This document shows positions 47,605 to 59,900 of a stretch of DNA of 64,000 nucleotides, one piece after another. Location: the NCBI GenBank assembly GCA_001779115.1, contig MFJF01000019.1:12733-76732 (forward strand). The letters run 5' to 3'. Each line of letters starts with the position of its first letter. The stretch's first letter is position 1. The notes beneath the pieces are model-generated. The model had not been told where the DNA came from. It saw only the letters and a list, made by a program, of their open reading frames with translations, and ran no database searches. The position numbers and the translations under genes are program-made. Source of the stretch: Candidatus Gottesmanbacteria bacterium RIFCSPHIGHO2_01_FULL_40_15 (lineage in GTDB: Bacteria; Patescibacteriota; Microgenomatia; 2-02-FULL-39-11).

Positions 47605-48615
47605 TGTTTGTGGATACTTTTCACGAAATATTTTCACGAAACATAATAAATATTAAGACAATAAGTTCTATAAGATTGAGAGCGGTGTCGAAATTGAAGC
47701 TATAATAAAATATTTGGAGCGTAGTGAAGCTCTATTCTCTTAAATAAAATCCGGATTGAACAATTTATTTACGCATAAATTTCATAGTTTAGATTGATAT
47801 GAGGCTCTAAATTAAATTTAAATCCTTCTTTTCTTCTGAAATCAGCCTCAAAAATTATAAAGCGGATTGTCATAAAGCCCTAAAATAACCGAAAACTCGT
47901 TATTACTTATATAAAATTCAGCCTGAAAAATAAAGGTTTAGATTGGTTTCATGCTCTAAACTGACATTCTTTCCGGTTTTTCTTACAATTCTTTTATATA
48001 CTTAGGTAATATTTTAACCTTGAAAATAATACTTTGGAGCATAATGGGGCGCTAAATTATTTTTTTAATAAAAAACCCGAAACGCCGACTTACGTGCGGA
48101 CACTATCTTTTTAACAGAGAGAAATATTATTGGTATTATTTACTTTACTTCTTTAAGGCGGCGCGCGACTAACTATATGCTTACGGGGGAAAGTGATCCT
48201 CTTTCCGGGCTTAAATGACTCTTAATTGGTCCGGAATACACGGACAGGGAATTTACACCATTAGTCGCACATTAATTCTTAGAAGACGTCTACCGGCCAC
48301 TGTCTGGGGAAGGGGTCATCTCCGGACATATTTAATTTATTTATTGCTGAACTAATTTTTGACTTTATTTACCTATTTTAAAAAAATACATTTAATATTT
48401 ATTCCCCGGATAAAAATTGACAAAACTTTACCGAAAACGACTTCTAATTTCGTGTGGTATTGACCACTTACTACTTAAATGAAGTTTCAAGCCGTTTCAG
48501 GGCATTTCAGAGGGTCAGTTATTGTATTAATATGCATGTCTTTTAAAAATATTTTTCAGGAGATAAAAGATATTCAGCTTAATTTATTATTCGGATTGTT
48601 GTGATAGTCCGGATA
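47605..48615 (+). ncRNA. Candidate large structured non-coding RNA, family unknown; ends approximate
   Basis: No ORF of 60 aa or more in the track between 47637 and 48670; nested 8-12 bp helices, G-U pairs favouring the + strand, a pseudoknot; TATAAT at 47597-47602. Confidence 0.55.
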
Positions 48616-48691
48616 ACCGTAAAATCATTATAATATCCAGCGTGATTATATCGGAACTGGAATACCCGGATGGCGAAGATTTTAAAAAGAC

Positions 48692-48720
48692 TTGACAAAC
48701 CGTATTATACGTCGCAAAAT
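48692..48720 (+). promoter_or_regulatory. Probable promoter of the Xer-type recombinase
   Basis: TTGACA 48692-97, 17-nt spacer, CAAAAT 48715-20, then 6 nt to GTG 48727. Confidence 0.5.
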
Positions 48721-48726
48721 ATTAAT

Positions 48727-49662
48727 GTGACGATAACAGATTCAATACAAAGATATCTGGAATATCTGGAAATTGAAAAAAACAGTTCCAAGCTGACTGT
48801 GCGTAATTATTTCCATTATCTGAACCGTTTTAAGATTTTTTGTCAAAAACTCTCCCCTCCTCTGACGGAAGCGGAAAAAATAACATCGGAAACTATCAGG
48901 TCATACAGGTTATTTTTATCCAGATATACCGATAAGAAAGGCCTATCTTTGAAAAGAATAACCCAAAATTACCATTTAATCGCTCTGAGGGCATTACTCA
49001 GATACCTGATAAGAATTGATGTTAACGCACTCCATCCGGAAAAAGTGGAACTTTCTAAGGCGGAAAGCCAATCCCTCAAGTTTCTTGATTTGGAGCAGGT
49101 TACCAGACTATTAAATATGCCCGAGATTTCAACTCCGCAGGGATCCAGGGATAAAGCCTTAATGGAGCTTCTTTTTTCAACTGGTCTTAGGGTCTCGGAA
49201 CTGGTGAGGTTAAACAGGGATTCCATTAATCTTGAGCGGAAGGAATTCGGGGTGATCGGCAAAGGCGGCAGAGCCAGGGTTGTTTTTATTTCCGATTCGG
49301 CCGTATATTGGTTGGATAAATATCTTAAAGATAGAAAAGATCCGTTTTTACCCCTTTTTATCCGTTATGCCGGAATTAAAAAAGATCCGGGCAGAACCGG
49401 TGAAACATTAAGACTGACAGCCAGATCGGTTCAGAGAATTATTGAAAAATATGTTAAAAAAGCCCGATTGCCGGTGAAAATAACACCCCACGGATTAAGG
49501 CACAGTTTTGCCACGGATTTATTGTCAGCCGGAGCTGACCTGCGGGCGATCCAGGAAATGCTCGGGCATAAAAATATTTCAACCACTCAGATATATACGC
49601 ATGTGACCAATCCCAGGCTCCGGGAGATTCACAATAAATTTCACAACCGGCACAATGCATGA
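48727..49662 (+). CDS. XerC/XerD-like tyrosine recombinase
   Basis: YLEYLEIEKNSS..TVRNY, TGLRVSEL, GKGGRAR, TPHGLRHSFAT, LGHKNISTTQIYTHV; start likely GTG 48727 (ORF open from 48670). Confidence 0.93.
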   Translation: MTITDSIQRYLEYLEIEKNSSKLTVRNYFHYLNRFKIFCQKLSPPLTEAEKITSETIRSYRLFLSRYTDKKGLSLKRITQNYHLIALRALLRYLIRIDVNALHPEKVELSKAESQSLKFLDLEQVTRLLNMPEISTPQGSRDKALMELLFSTGLRVSELVRLNRDSINLERKEFGVIGKGGRARVVFISDSAVYWLDKYLKDRKDPFLPLFIRYAGIKKDPGRTGETLRLTARSVQRIIEKYVKKARLPVKITPHGLRHSFATDLLSAGADLRAIQEMLGHKNISTTQIYTHVTNPRLREIHNKFHNRHNA

Positions 49663-50741
49663 AGAGACGGGAAATTACAGTTTTTATACTTGGGGTAATT
49701 ACAATAATTCTTCCGGCCGAAATTTTTCTCAGGATTATTAATTTCCGCCCCGAATCCAGCTGGCAACCTTCCGGAACACATAAAATTGACGACAGTCTGA
49801 TATACATAAATACACCCAATTATTCCGGTGATTGGATTACAGAAGATTTTCAGCAGAAAACTTTCATTAATTCCACAGGCTTTCGTGATGAACAGATCAA
49901 AACTAAGAAACCGGAAATAAAAAGAATTATAGTTGTCGGCGATTCTTTTATATTCGGCCACGGAATAAGCAGTAACAAGTTGACTATACCGGCACAGCTT
50001 GAGAATAAAATTGCCGGAGTTGATGTAATAAATGCCGGTGTTCAGGGTTATTCTCCTGACCAGGAATACCGTTTTATTACCGGAAAAGCCATGGAGTATG
50101 AGCCTGATTTCATTATTTGGGCTCTTAATCCCCATGACTATGACAACATGACATATTTTCCTTCTCTTTATGATTTGGATAAACGGGAAAATCTTAAAAA
50201 AACTTCGGCTATGACCACATGGATTTATTTCAAGGGATTTCTGACAACCAAATTTCCGGTATTACTCCAGAAGAGTTATCTTTTTCTATATATTTTAGAC
50301 AGCCTGGAGAAAATTCCTTTGCTTAACCGCGGTTTAATGATTCCACATGACAAAAGATATGACTGGATTGAAAAAAAATTATCAGAAGAAGTTAAATCCG
50401 TGATTGCTTTCACTGAAAAAAACGAACTCGGATTGGTAATGGTATTTTTGCCTTTAAAATATTCCTACCGTGATAATAAATACAACTCACAATACGTAAA
50501 TTACGAGGGGGTGGTTAAGTCAATAAAAAAGATTCTGGATGGAGAGAACATCATATATGTTGATATCGGATTGGATTTGTGGAGACAGGCTCAAGTGAAT
50601 AAAAAGAATTCCCAGTCTGATTACAACCGTTTGTTTTTCAAAAATGATTATCACCTGAATGAAGCCGGTGCCGAAATTGCCGCTGAAATGCTGGCTGATA
50701 AGCTGGAACTGGAGAAATTATTTATCAGAAATCAAAATTAA
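49659..50741 (+). CDS. Membrane-anchored SGNH/GDSL hydrolase
   Basis: INSTGFRD, VGDSFIFG, INAGVQGY, NDYHLNEAG. Confidence 0.88.
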   Translation: MKRREITVFILGVITIILPAEIFLRIINFRPESSWQPSGTHKIDDSLIYINTPNYSGDWITEDFQQKTFINSTGFRDEQIKTKKPEIKRIIVVGDSFIFGHGISSNKLTIPAQLENKIAGVDVINAGVQGYSPDQEYRFITGKAMEYEPDFIIWALNPHDYDNMTYFPSLYDLDKRENLKKTSAMTTWIYFKGFLTTKFPVLLQKSYLFLYILDSLEKIPLLNRGLMIPHDKRYDWIEKKLSEEVKSVIAFTEKNELGLVMVFLPLKYSYRDNKYNSQYVNYEGVVKSIKKILDGENIIYVDIGLDLWRQAQVNKKNSQSDYNRLFFKNDYHLNEAGAEIAAEMLADKLELEKLFIRNQN

Positions 50742-51594
50742 CCGTTTTTTTGGCCGCCAGAACGGTATTTCGCATCAGCATAACCACGTTAACGGGACCG
50801 ACACCACCCGGAACCGGGGTGTAAAATCCGGCTGATTTTTCCATTTCCGCTTGGTTGTAATCAGGTTTAAGTTTATCATTCTCCGGATGGAGACCGACTC
50901 CTATAATAGCGGCAGACTTTTTCAGCATATCATGTCGCACAATATTTGGTTTTCCCACGCAGGGGATGACAATATCGCTGATCCGGGATAATTTTTTTAT
51001 ATTCCGGGATTGACTATGGGCCATGGTAAAACGAATACCGATTTTATTAAAATATTTTGCTATAGGCTTTCCGGCAGTCTCTCCCCTACCGATGAGAAGG
51101 ATTTTCTTTTTTTTAAGCCAGCCGGAATAATCAGCCGTTTCTGTTTTATTTTTTCCTGATAGTTTAACTTTATATATAAACCGCAAAATTTCATTGACAG
51201 CTAAGGCGACCGGCGGATCGAAACAGGAATCGGGATGAAAACCGTCAACATCTTTTTCGGGATAAACGGCATTATTAATGGCGTCAGATGGAATTTGGAT
51301 TGTTACAGGGCGCTGAACTATAATTCCATGAACTTTTTTGTCTTTATTTAACGAGTTAACGAGATTTATTAATACTTCGGGCGTTAAGGTCAGGTTATAA
51401 CGGTAAAGTCTGATTTTTATTTTTAATTTCCGGCCGATTTTGAGTTTTTGCCTGACGTAATTTATTGAGCTTTTGTCTTTTCCGACAAGAATTACAGCCA
51501 GATGCGGAGTTATGCCTTGGTCATTCAGTTTATTGATGTCTGCTTTTAACGGTTTTTCCAACTCCAGTGCGATTTTCCGTCCGTCTATTTTCAT
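50725..51594 (-). CDS. folD: Methylenetetrahydrofolate dehydrogenase/cyclohydrolase (divergent)
   Basis: MKIDGR, S..YV..K, HGIIVQRP, KDVDG, TPVPGGVGP. Confidence 0.9.
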   Translation of the reverse strand: MKIDGRKIALELEKPLKADINKLNDQGITPHLAVILVGKDKSSINYVRQKLKIGRKLKIKIRLYRYNLTLTPEVLINLVNSLNKDKKVHGIIVQRPVTIQIPSDAINNAVYPEKDVDGFHPDSCFDPPVALAVNEILRFIYKVKLSGKNKTETADYSGWLKKKKILLIGRGETAGKPIAKYFNKIGIRFTMAHSQSRNIKKLSRISDIVIPCVGKPNIVRHDMLKKSAAIIGVGLHPENDKLKPDYNQAEMEKSAGFYTPVPGGVGPVNVVMLMRNTVLAAKKTVNFDF

Positions 51595-51656
51595 AGTATT
51601 AATAATACAGCTTAATGAGTGAGGACACAAAATAAAAATAAATGGCGGGATTTACT

Positions 51657-54161
51657 TTACAAGCAGGTGGCGGCGGCTACGGCGTCATTTTTATCGGAAA
51701 AGCGCATCAGGATGACTCCCTGAGTCGCCCGGGAGAGGCGAGGAACAGAAGTTATCGGCAGTTTGACGATTTGACCTTTAATTGATGTCAGTATCAGATT
51801 CTGGCAATCGGACGGAACTTTTCGGGCCGATGCGATTTTGCCGGTTTTTTGAGTTACTTGGGAAACTTTGACACCCTGTCCGCCCCGGTGCTGTTTGGGG
51901 AAGTTGGAAAAGGGTGTTTTTTTACCGATGCCTTTTTCGGAAATAGTCAGAAAGTCACCGTTTTTAATTTCACGGTTGATTACTTCCATACCGACAACAT
52001 AATCTTCGGGCTTGGATAAAATACCTCTTACTCCCATTGTGTCTCTGGCTGTCGGTCTGACTTCAGTTTCTGAAAATTTTATTGATTTACCGTTGTGGGT
52101 CACCATAAGAACTTCATCATTTCCCGTTGACAGCTTTGCCCATCTCAACTCGTCGCTTTTTTCAAGCTTGATGGCCACCAGGCCGTTTCTTCTGATGTTT
52201 TCATAAGATGAAAGCCTGGTTTTTTTCACAGTACCTTTTTTGGTTGCCATGACAATATTGGCGTATTTTTTTCTTTCTTCACCTTTTAACGCATATGACA
52301 GGACACTGGTGATAACTTCATCAGTGTCTATATTTAACAGGTTAACAATTGCCTGACCTTTACTGACACGGGATCCTTCAGGTAAATCCCAGACTCTTAA
52401 CTGGTAAACCTTACCTTTATTGGAAAAGAAAAGAATATTATCGTGGGTATATGATGAAAGAAGGTGTTCAATTGTATCTTCTTCTTTTGTTATCATGCCA
52501 ATAACACCTTTGCCTCCACGGGCCTGAACTTTAAAAGACATAGGAGATTGCCTTTTAACATAGCCGGTTTTGGTTAAAACGATGACCGTCTCTTCGTTGG
52601 TAATCAGCTGTTCGTCCGAAAACTCTCCGACTTTTGATTTGAAAACTTTGGTTTTCCGGTTATCGGCATACTTTTCCTTAAGTTTGGTTATTTCATCTTT
52701 TATTACCGTGAGTATTTTTTCCTGATGTTCCAGAAGTTCGGTCAAATAAGCGATGGTTTCCCTGATCATCAGAATCTCATCTTCTATTTTCTGGCGTTCA
52801 AGCGCCGCCAGCCGTTTCAATTGCATGTCAAGGATAGCCTGGGCTTGAATTTCGGATAGTTTAAAGCGGTTTATCAATTTTTCCCTGGCATCATCAACGT
52901 CTTTGGCTTTTTTGATGATATTTATAACCTCGTCGATATGGTCAACGGCAATTTTTAAGCCCTCAAGGATATGCTCCCTGGCTTTGGCTTCCCTCAGTTC
53001 GAATTCGCTCCTTTTTTTAATTACCATATGACGGTGTTTTATAAATTCTTCCAGAATCAGTTTTAGGGTCATGGTTTGGGGCGTTCCGTCAACCAAGGCT
53101 ACCATATTGACCGGAAAAGTCGTCTGAAGATTTGTGTGTTTATATAGGTTGTTGAGGATTTTTTTGGGAGCGGAATCCCTTTTTAGTTCGACCACCATTC
53201 TTATGCCGCGGCGGTCGGACTCATCTCTCAGATCGGATATGCCTTCGATTTTTTTATCCTTAACCAGTTGGGCAATATGGGCAATCAGCATGGCTTTATT
53301 TACCTGGTAAGGCAGTTCGCTGACAATTATGGCCGATTTGCCCTGGCCGATGTCTTCGATTTCAGCTTTGGCACGCATGACGATTTTTCCCCGGCCGGTA
53401 AGATACGCATTTTTTATCTCATTGATATCGTAAATGGCAGCGCCTGTGGGGAAATCGGGACCGTTGATGTAGCCTAAGAGTTCGTCAATTGTAATGCCGG
53501 CAGTCAAAACAGCTTTTTTTACACCGGTTTTTTCGTCTATTTCCATGGCCAGTCTGGTTTTATCCAGCATGGCCAAAGTCGCGTCGATTACTTCACCCAG
53601 GTTATGGGGAGGGATTTTGGTAGCCATTCCGACGGCAATACCGTCCGAACCCATCAGTAACAAGTTGGGAAGCTTAGCCGGAAGCCAAACCGGTTCTTTC
53701 AGGGTAGAATCGAAGTTGGAGACAAAGTTTACCGTTTCCTTTTCTATATCAGTAAGCATTTCTTCGGAAATTTTAGCCAGCTTAACTTCGGTATAACGCA
53801 TTGCGGCCGGAGGATCACCGTCAACAGAGCCGAAGTTGCCTTGACCGGAGATCAGCCGGTAGCGCATGGAAAAATCCTGGGCCAGACGCACCAGAGCATC
53901 ATAAACCGGCATATCACCGTGCGGATGATATTTTCCCAGGACCTCTCCGACAATTTTGGCGCTTTTAGTGTATCTGGAAGTAAAATGAAGACCCATCTGG
54001 TGCATGGCATAGAGAATTCGGCGGTGGACCGGTTTAAGGCCGTCACGGACATCAGGAAGTGCCCGGGAGACGATTACGCTCATGGCATAATTGAGGTAAC
54101 TTCTTTTCATTTCAGTCGTGATTTCGACTGATTCAACTTTTCCGATATTATTTAAATCCAT
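51657..54161 (-). CDS. gyrA: DNA gyrase subunit A
   Basis: [27 protein letters not shown], GyrA box QARGGKG. Confidence 0.98.
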   Translation of the reverse strand: MDLNNIGKVESVEITTEMKRSYLNYAMSVIVSRALPDVRDGLKPVHRRILYAMHQMGLHFTSRYTKSAKIVGEVLGKYHPHGDMPVYDALVRLAQDFSMRYRLISGQGNFGSVDGDPPAAMRYTEVKLAKISEEMLTDIEKETVNFVSNFDSTLKEPVWLPAKLPNLLLMGSDGIAVGMATKIPPHNLGEVIDATLAMLDKTRLAMEIDEKTGVKKAVLTAGITIDELLGYINGPDFPTGAAIYDINEIKNAYLTGRGKIVMRAKAEIEDIGQGKSAIIVSELPYQVNKAMLIAHIAQLVKDKKIEGISDLRDESDRRGIRMVVELKRDSAPKKILNNLYKHTNLQTTFPVNMVALVDGTPQTMTLKLILEEFIKHRHMVIKKRSEFELREAKAREHILEGLKIAVDHIDEVINIIKKAKDVDDAREKLINRFKLSEIQAQAILDMQLKRLAALERQKIEDEILMIRETIAYLTELLEHQEKILTVIKDEITKLKEKYADNRKTKVFKSKVGEFSDEQLITNEETVIVLTKTGYVKRQSPMSFKVQARGGKGVIGMITKEEDTIEHLLSSYTHDNILFFSNKGKVYQLRVWDLPEGSRVSKGQAIVNLLNIDTDEVITSVLSYALKGEERKKYANIVMATKKGTVKKTRLSSYENIRRNGLVAIKLEKSDELRWAKLSTGNDEVLMVTHNGKSIKFSETEVRPTARDTMGVRGILSKPEDYVVGMEVINREIKNGDFLTISEKGIGKKTPFSNFPKQHRGGQGVKVSQVTQKTGKIASARKVPSDCQNLILTSIKGQIVKLPITSVPRLSRATQGVILMRFSDKNDAVAAATCL

Positions 54162-54215
54162 ACTTTAAATTCGGGATCCTCCCGCGTCAGAGCGCGGGGG
54201 AAATATTGAAAACCG

Positions 54216-56240
54216 TTATTTACCGATGAATTGAATGACGAACGGAGCTATTAACAGCGCTACGATCTGGACGATTTTCATCATCGGATTAAGCGCCGGA
54301 CCCGAAGTATCCTTTAAGGGATCTCCGACAGTATCTCCGACGACGGCCGCTTTGTGAGTATCGGAACCTTTGCCGCCGAAATTGCCGTCTTCTATATATT
54401 TTTTAGCGTTATCCCAGGCTCCTCCGGTATTGCACATGAAAAATGCCAGCATCAAACCGGTTATAACCACACCTCCCAGAAATCCTCCCAGGGCGGCGGC
54501 TCCGAATAATCCGGCCAATATAGGCATAATAATGACAATGGCGGCCGGCAGAACCAGTTCCCTTTGGGCAGCTCTGGTGGCAATGGCGACTGCTTTGGAA
54601 TAATCAGGCAAACTAGTGCCTTCCATAATGCCTTTTATTTCTTTAAACTGTCTTCTGACTTCCTCAACAATTTCAAAGGCGGCTTTTCCGACGGCGTTTA
54701 TGAGCCGGGAGCTGAACAGAAACGGTAATGCTCCTCCGATGAGGATGCCGACAAAGACTTTCGGATCAGCCATATCAATTGAGGTTAATCCGGTTGCTTC
54801 AAAATAGGTGGAGAATAATGATGAAGCGGCAACTGCGGCTGATCCGACGGCAAAGCCTTTGGTCAGTGCCTTGGTAGTGTTACCGACAGCGTCAAGACTG
54901 GCGGTAACCGCAGGAGCTTTTCCGCCGAGATTGGCCATTTCCACCATGCCCGAAGCATTGTCGGAAATCGGTCCGTAAGTATCAAGCGACATGATAATAC
55001 CGGTTGTGGCCAGCATGCCCATACCGGCCAGGGATATACCGTAGAAACCCAGGAAAAAATATCCGGTAAAAATAGTTGCCGCGACAATCAGAACGGAGAA
55101 AAAGGTAGATTCCAGACCATAGCCTAAACCCGAAATAAGATTGGTGCCGCTGCCGGTTCTGGCTGCTTTGGCAATTTCAACGATCGGTTTTTCTCCCGGG
55201 CCGGTATAGTATTTGGTGACATATAAAAGAGCCAGCATGGAAATAATTCCTGACACAGCCGCATAACCGGCCCTTATTTCACCCAGAAGATATACGGCCA
55301 GGAACATGAAAATAACAATGGCGGCAACAGCCGAAATTATAAAACCCCTGATAAGCGGGTCAATCGGGTTTTCCTTGTCATGTTTGGCTTTGACAAAAAA
55401 AGTTCCCAGAATGGAAGTAAGAATTGCTCCGGATCTGGCCAGAAGCGGAAATACAACTCCTTTAAGTCCGAAAAGACTGCCGCCCAGGATCATGGCGGCC
55501 ACAATTGTTAAAGCATAGGATTCAAACACATCAGCTGCCATGCCGGCGCAATCACCGACATTGTCACCGACATTATCGGCAATAACAGCCGGGTTCCGGG
55601 GATCGTCTTCAGGGATACCCTTTTCCACTTTTCCGACCAGATCAGCTCCGACATCGGCAGCTTTAGTATAAATTCCACCGCCAACCCTCATGAATAAGGC
55701 CAATAGCGCTGCGCCAAAGCCGTAGCCCACCAGGACATCGGTTGCCTGTTTAGCAACGACTTCGGGTCCAAAGGAAGAATAGTTAAAATACGCCCAGAGA
55801 TAAATTAAAGAAACACCCAGAAGTCCCAAGCCCACTACAAGCATACCGTTGACGGTTCCGGCGCCAAAAGCCGTTTGAAGAGCCGGATTTAATCCTTTGA
55901 GCGCATTATTAGCCGTTCTGACATTGGCTCTAACGGCTATCCACATGCCGAAATATCCGATGATGGCGCTGAATGTTGCTCCCAAAAGAAAAGTTACGGC
56001 AGTGCCTATACCCAACGTCAGGGCAATAACCAGGGATAAAACAGCCATTATCGGAATAACAACACTGAATTGGCGGTACAGATAAGCCATAGCGCCTTCC
56101 CGGACGGCATTTCCGATTTTTTGCAGTTTTTCACTTCCTTCATCTTCAGCAAGAACTTTACGGGAGAGATAAATTCCGTATAAAAGGGCAATAACGGCTG
56201 TAGCCGGGGCACCAAACAGTGCAATTATCTGAATATCCAT
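54216..56240 (-). CDS. hppA: Membrane-bound H+-translocating pyrophosphatase, K+-independent signature
   Basis: GGGIYTKAADVGADLVGKVE, DNVGDNVGD, GNTTKA, GDTVGDPLKD. Confidence 0.95.
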   Translation of the reverse strand: MDIQIIALFGAPATAVIALLYGIYLSRKVLAEDEGSEKLQKIGNAVREGAMAYLYRQFSVVIPIMAVLSLVIALTLGIGTAVTFLLGATFSAIIGYFGMWIAVRANVRTANNALKGLNPALQTAFGAGTVNGMLVVGLGLLGVSLIYLWAYFNYSSFGPEVVAKQATDVLVGYGFGAALLALFMRVGGGIYTKAADVGADLVGKVEKGIPEDDPRNPAVIADNVGDNVGDCAGMAADVFESYALTIVAAMILGGSLFGLKGVVFPLLARSGAILTSILGTFFVKAKHDKENPIDPLIRGFIISAVAAIVIFMFLAVYLLGEIRAGYAAVSGIISMLALLYVTKYYTGPGEKPIVEIAKAARTGSGTNLISGLGYGLESTFFSVLIVAATIFTGYFFLGFYGISLAGMGMLATTGIIMSLDTYGPISDNASGMVEMANLGGKAPAVTASLDAVGNTTKALTKGFAVGSAAVAASSLFSTYFEATGLTSIDMADPKVFVGILIGGALPFLFSSRLINAVGKAAFEIVEEVRRQFKEIKGIMEGTSLPDYSKAVAIATRAAQRELVLPAAIVIIMPILAGLFGAAALGGFLGGVVITGLMLAFFMCNTGGAWDNAKKYIEDGNFGGKGSDTHKAAVVGDTVGDPLKDTSGPALNPMMKIVQIVALLIAPFVIQFIGK

Positions 56241-56250
56241 AATTTCAATT

Positions 56251-56285
56251 TCAAATATTAGATGTCAAATGTCAAGTCTCCAATT
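56251..56285. repeat. Degenerate heptamer tandem repeat between gyrB and hppA
   Basis: tcaaata ttagatg tcaaatg tcaagtc tccaatt. Confidence 0.45.
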
Positions 56286-56291
56286 AATTTA

Positions 56292-59085
<2,794 letters not shown>

Positions 59086-59087
<2 letters not shown>

Positions 59088-59766
59088 ATTTTTTGGTAGA
59101 CGGAAATCCCAAAAGGAGGATGTCGATGACCAATTTAAAATTGACATTCCTGTCGACATATCTCCGGGCGGCCTCGGTTTTTTCAATAAGGGAAGCAAGT
59201 TGCAGGTTTGAGAGAGGCATGGACGGTTTATTAATAAGCTGATTCTCAAGTAACCGGGTTAAGCTGTCAATAAATCCGGCGGCATCTTCACGGTTGGAAA
59301 TGAGTTTTTGTGAGAAAATCAGTCTTTCCCCGGAAGACATATTAAGAATTTCCAAAATTTTCTTTTCAAGTTTATTTCCGCCTGGAACAGCCGTTTCTGC
59401 CTTAATTTCTTTTATTACAAAGCAGCGGGACAAAACTGTAGCCAGAATTTTCTGGTCGTTAACAGCAGTCAAAATAATAACTGTTGAGGGAGTGGGTTCC
59501 TCGAGAAATTTCAGCATGGCATTTTGGGCTTCAATTGTCGCAAGATGAAAATCACGGATAAGGACGAGCTTTTTATTACCGTAACCGGGTTTTATCCGGC
59601 TGTTTTTTTCAGTGCGGCGGACATCATCTATTCCCAATGATTTTTCAGGAATGACGTTGTATATGTCAAAGGGAGAAATCTGATACTTTGATTTTAAAAG
59701 ATTTATCTGATTGTCAATAAATTCGGGATTATGAGAAAGAATCAAATAGGTCTGCATAAGTGTCAT
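59086..59766 (-). CDS. holB: DNA polymerase III delta-prime-like subunit (short)
   Basis: LGIDDVR, EAQNAMLKFLEEP, TVLSRC; C-terminal NVN.KL. Confidence 0.75.
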
Positions 59767-59837
59767 TGACCCGATATAAAACCGGGATCAATTCCACCAA
59801 CGAAAAATTCTTTTGAATTTTTCGGGTGTCATTGACA
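59760..59837. promoter_or_regulatory. Palindrome-rich divergent control region between holB-like and pilB
   Basis: gtgtcattgac at 59760-70 and 59826-36; perfect cgaaaaattc-tttt-gaatttttcg at 59801-24. Confidence 0.45.
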
Positions 59838-59900
59838 ATTATATTTTATTAAACGGATAATAAAAATACTTGGACAATTTTTGAGTCCAAGAACGTGTTT

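Noticed and set aside
47609-47641. oriC
   Set aside because: Only one near-match DnaA box (tgtggatac), no box cluster, and no dnaA/dnaN nearby.
48165-48268. Group I intron P7 (GACUA/UAGUC)
   Set aside because: No bulged guanosine-binding-site residue, no AAGAUA J8/7, and no interrupted host gene.
47605-48615. RNase P RNA, tmRNA, SRP RNA or group II intron as the identity of the gap
   Set aside because: No GAGGAAAGUC core, tRNA-like ends with CCA, SRP GGAA loop motif or domain V consensus seen on either strand by eye; an Rfam scan is still needed.
47528-48670. CRISPR array
   Set aside because: Repeated words occur only twice each with irregular spacing, and there are no cas genes in the window.
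38895-49662. Prophage or island integrated at tRNA-Leu by the tyrosine recombinase
   Set aside because: No duplicated tRNA 3' end was seen, the intervening genes are housekeeping, and the recombinase is XerC/D-like.
19084-51630. Long N-terminal extensions given by the ORF track for prs, the S9 hydrolase, htrA, rpmE, the M24 peptidase, the MBL hydrolase, yebC, xer and folD
   Set aside because: They overlap neighbouring genes or promoters; downstream starts match family N-termini and the leaderless spacing.
54178-54201. GC hairpin cccgcg-tcagag-cgcggg between hppA and gyrA as a terminator or CAAG-family element
   Set aside because: No U-tract on the transcribed (-) strand and no CAAG tail or shared core; function unresolved.
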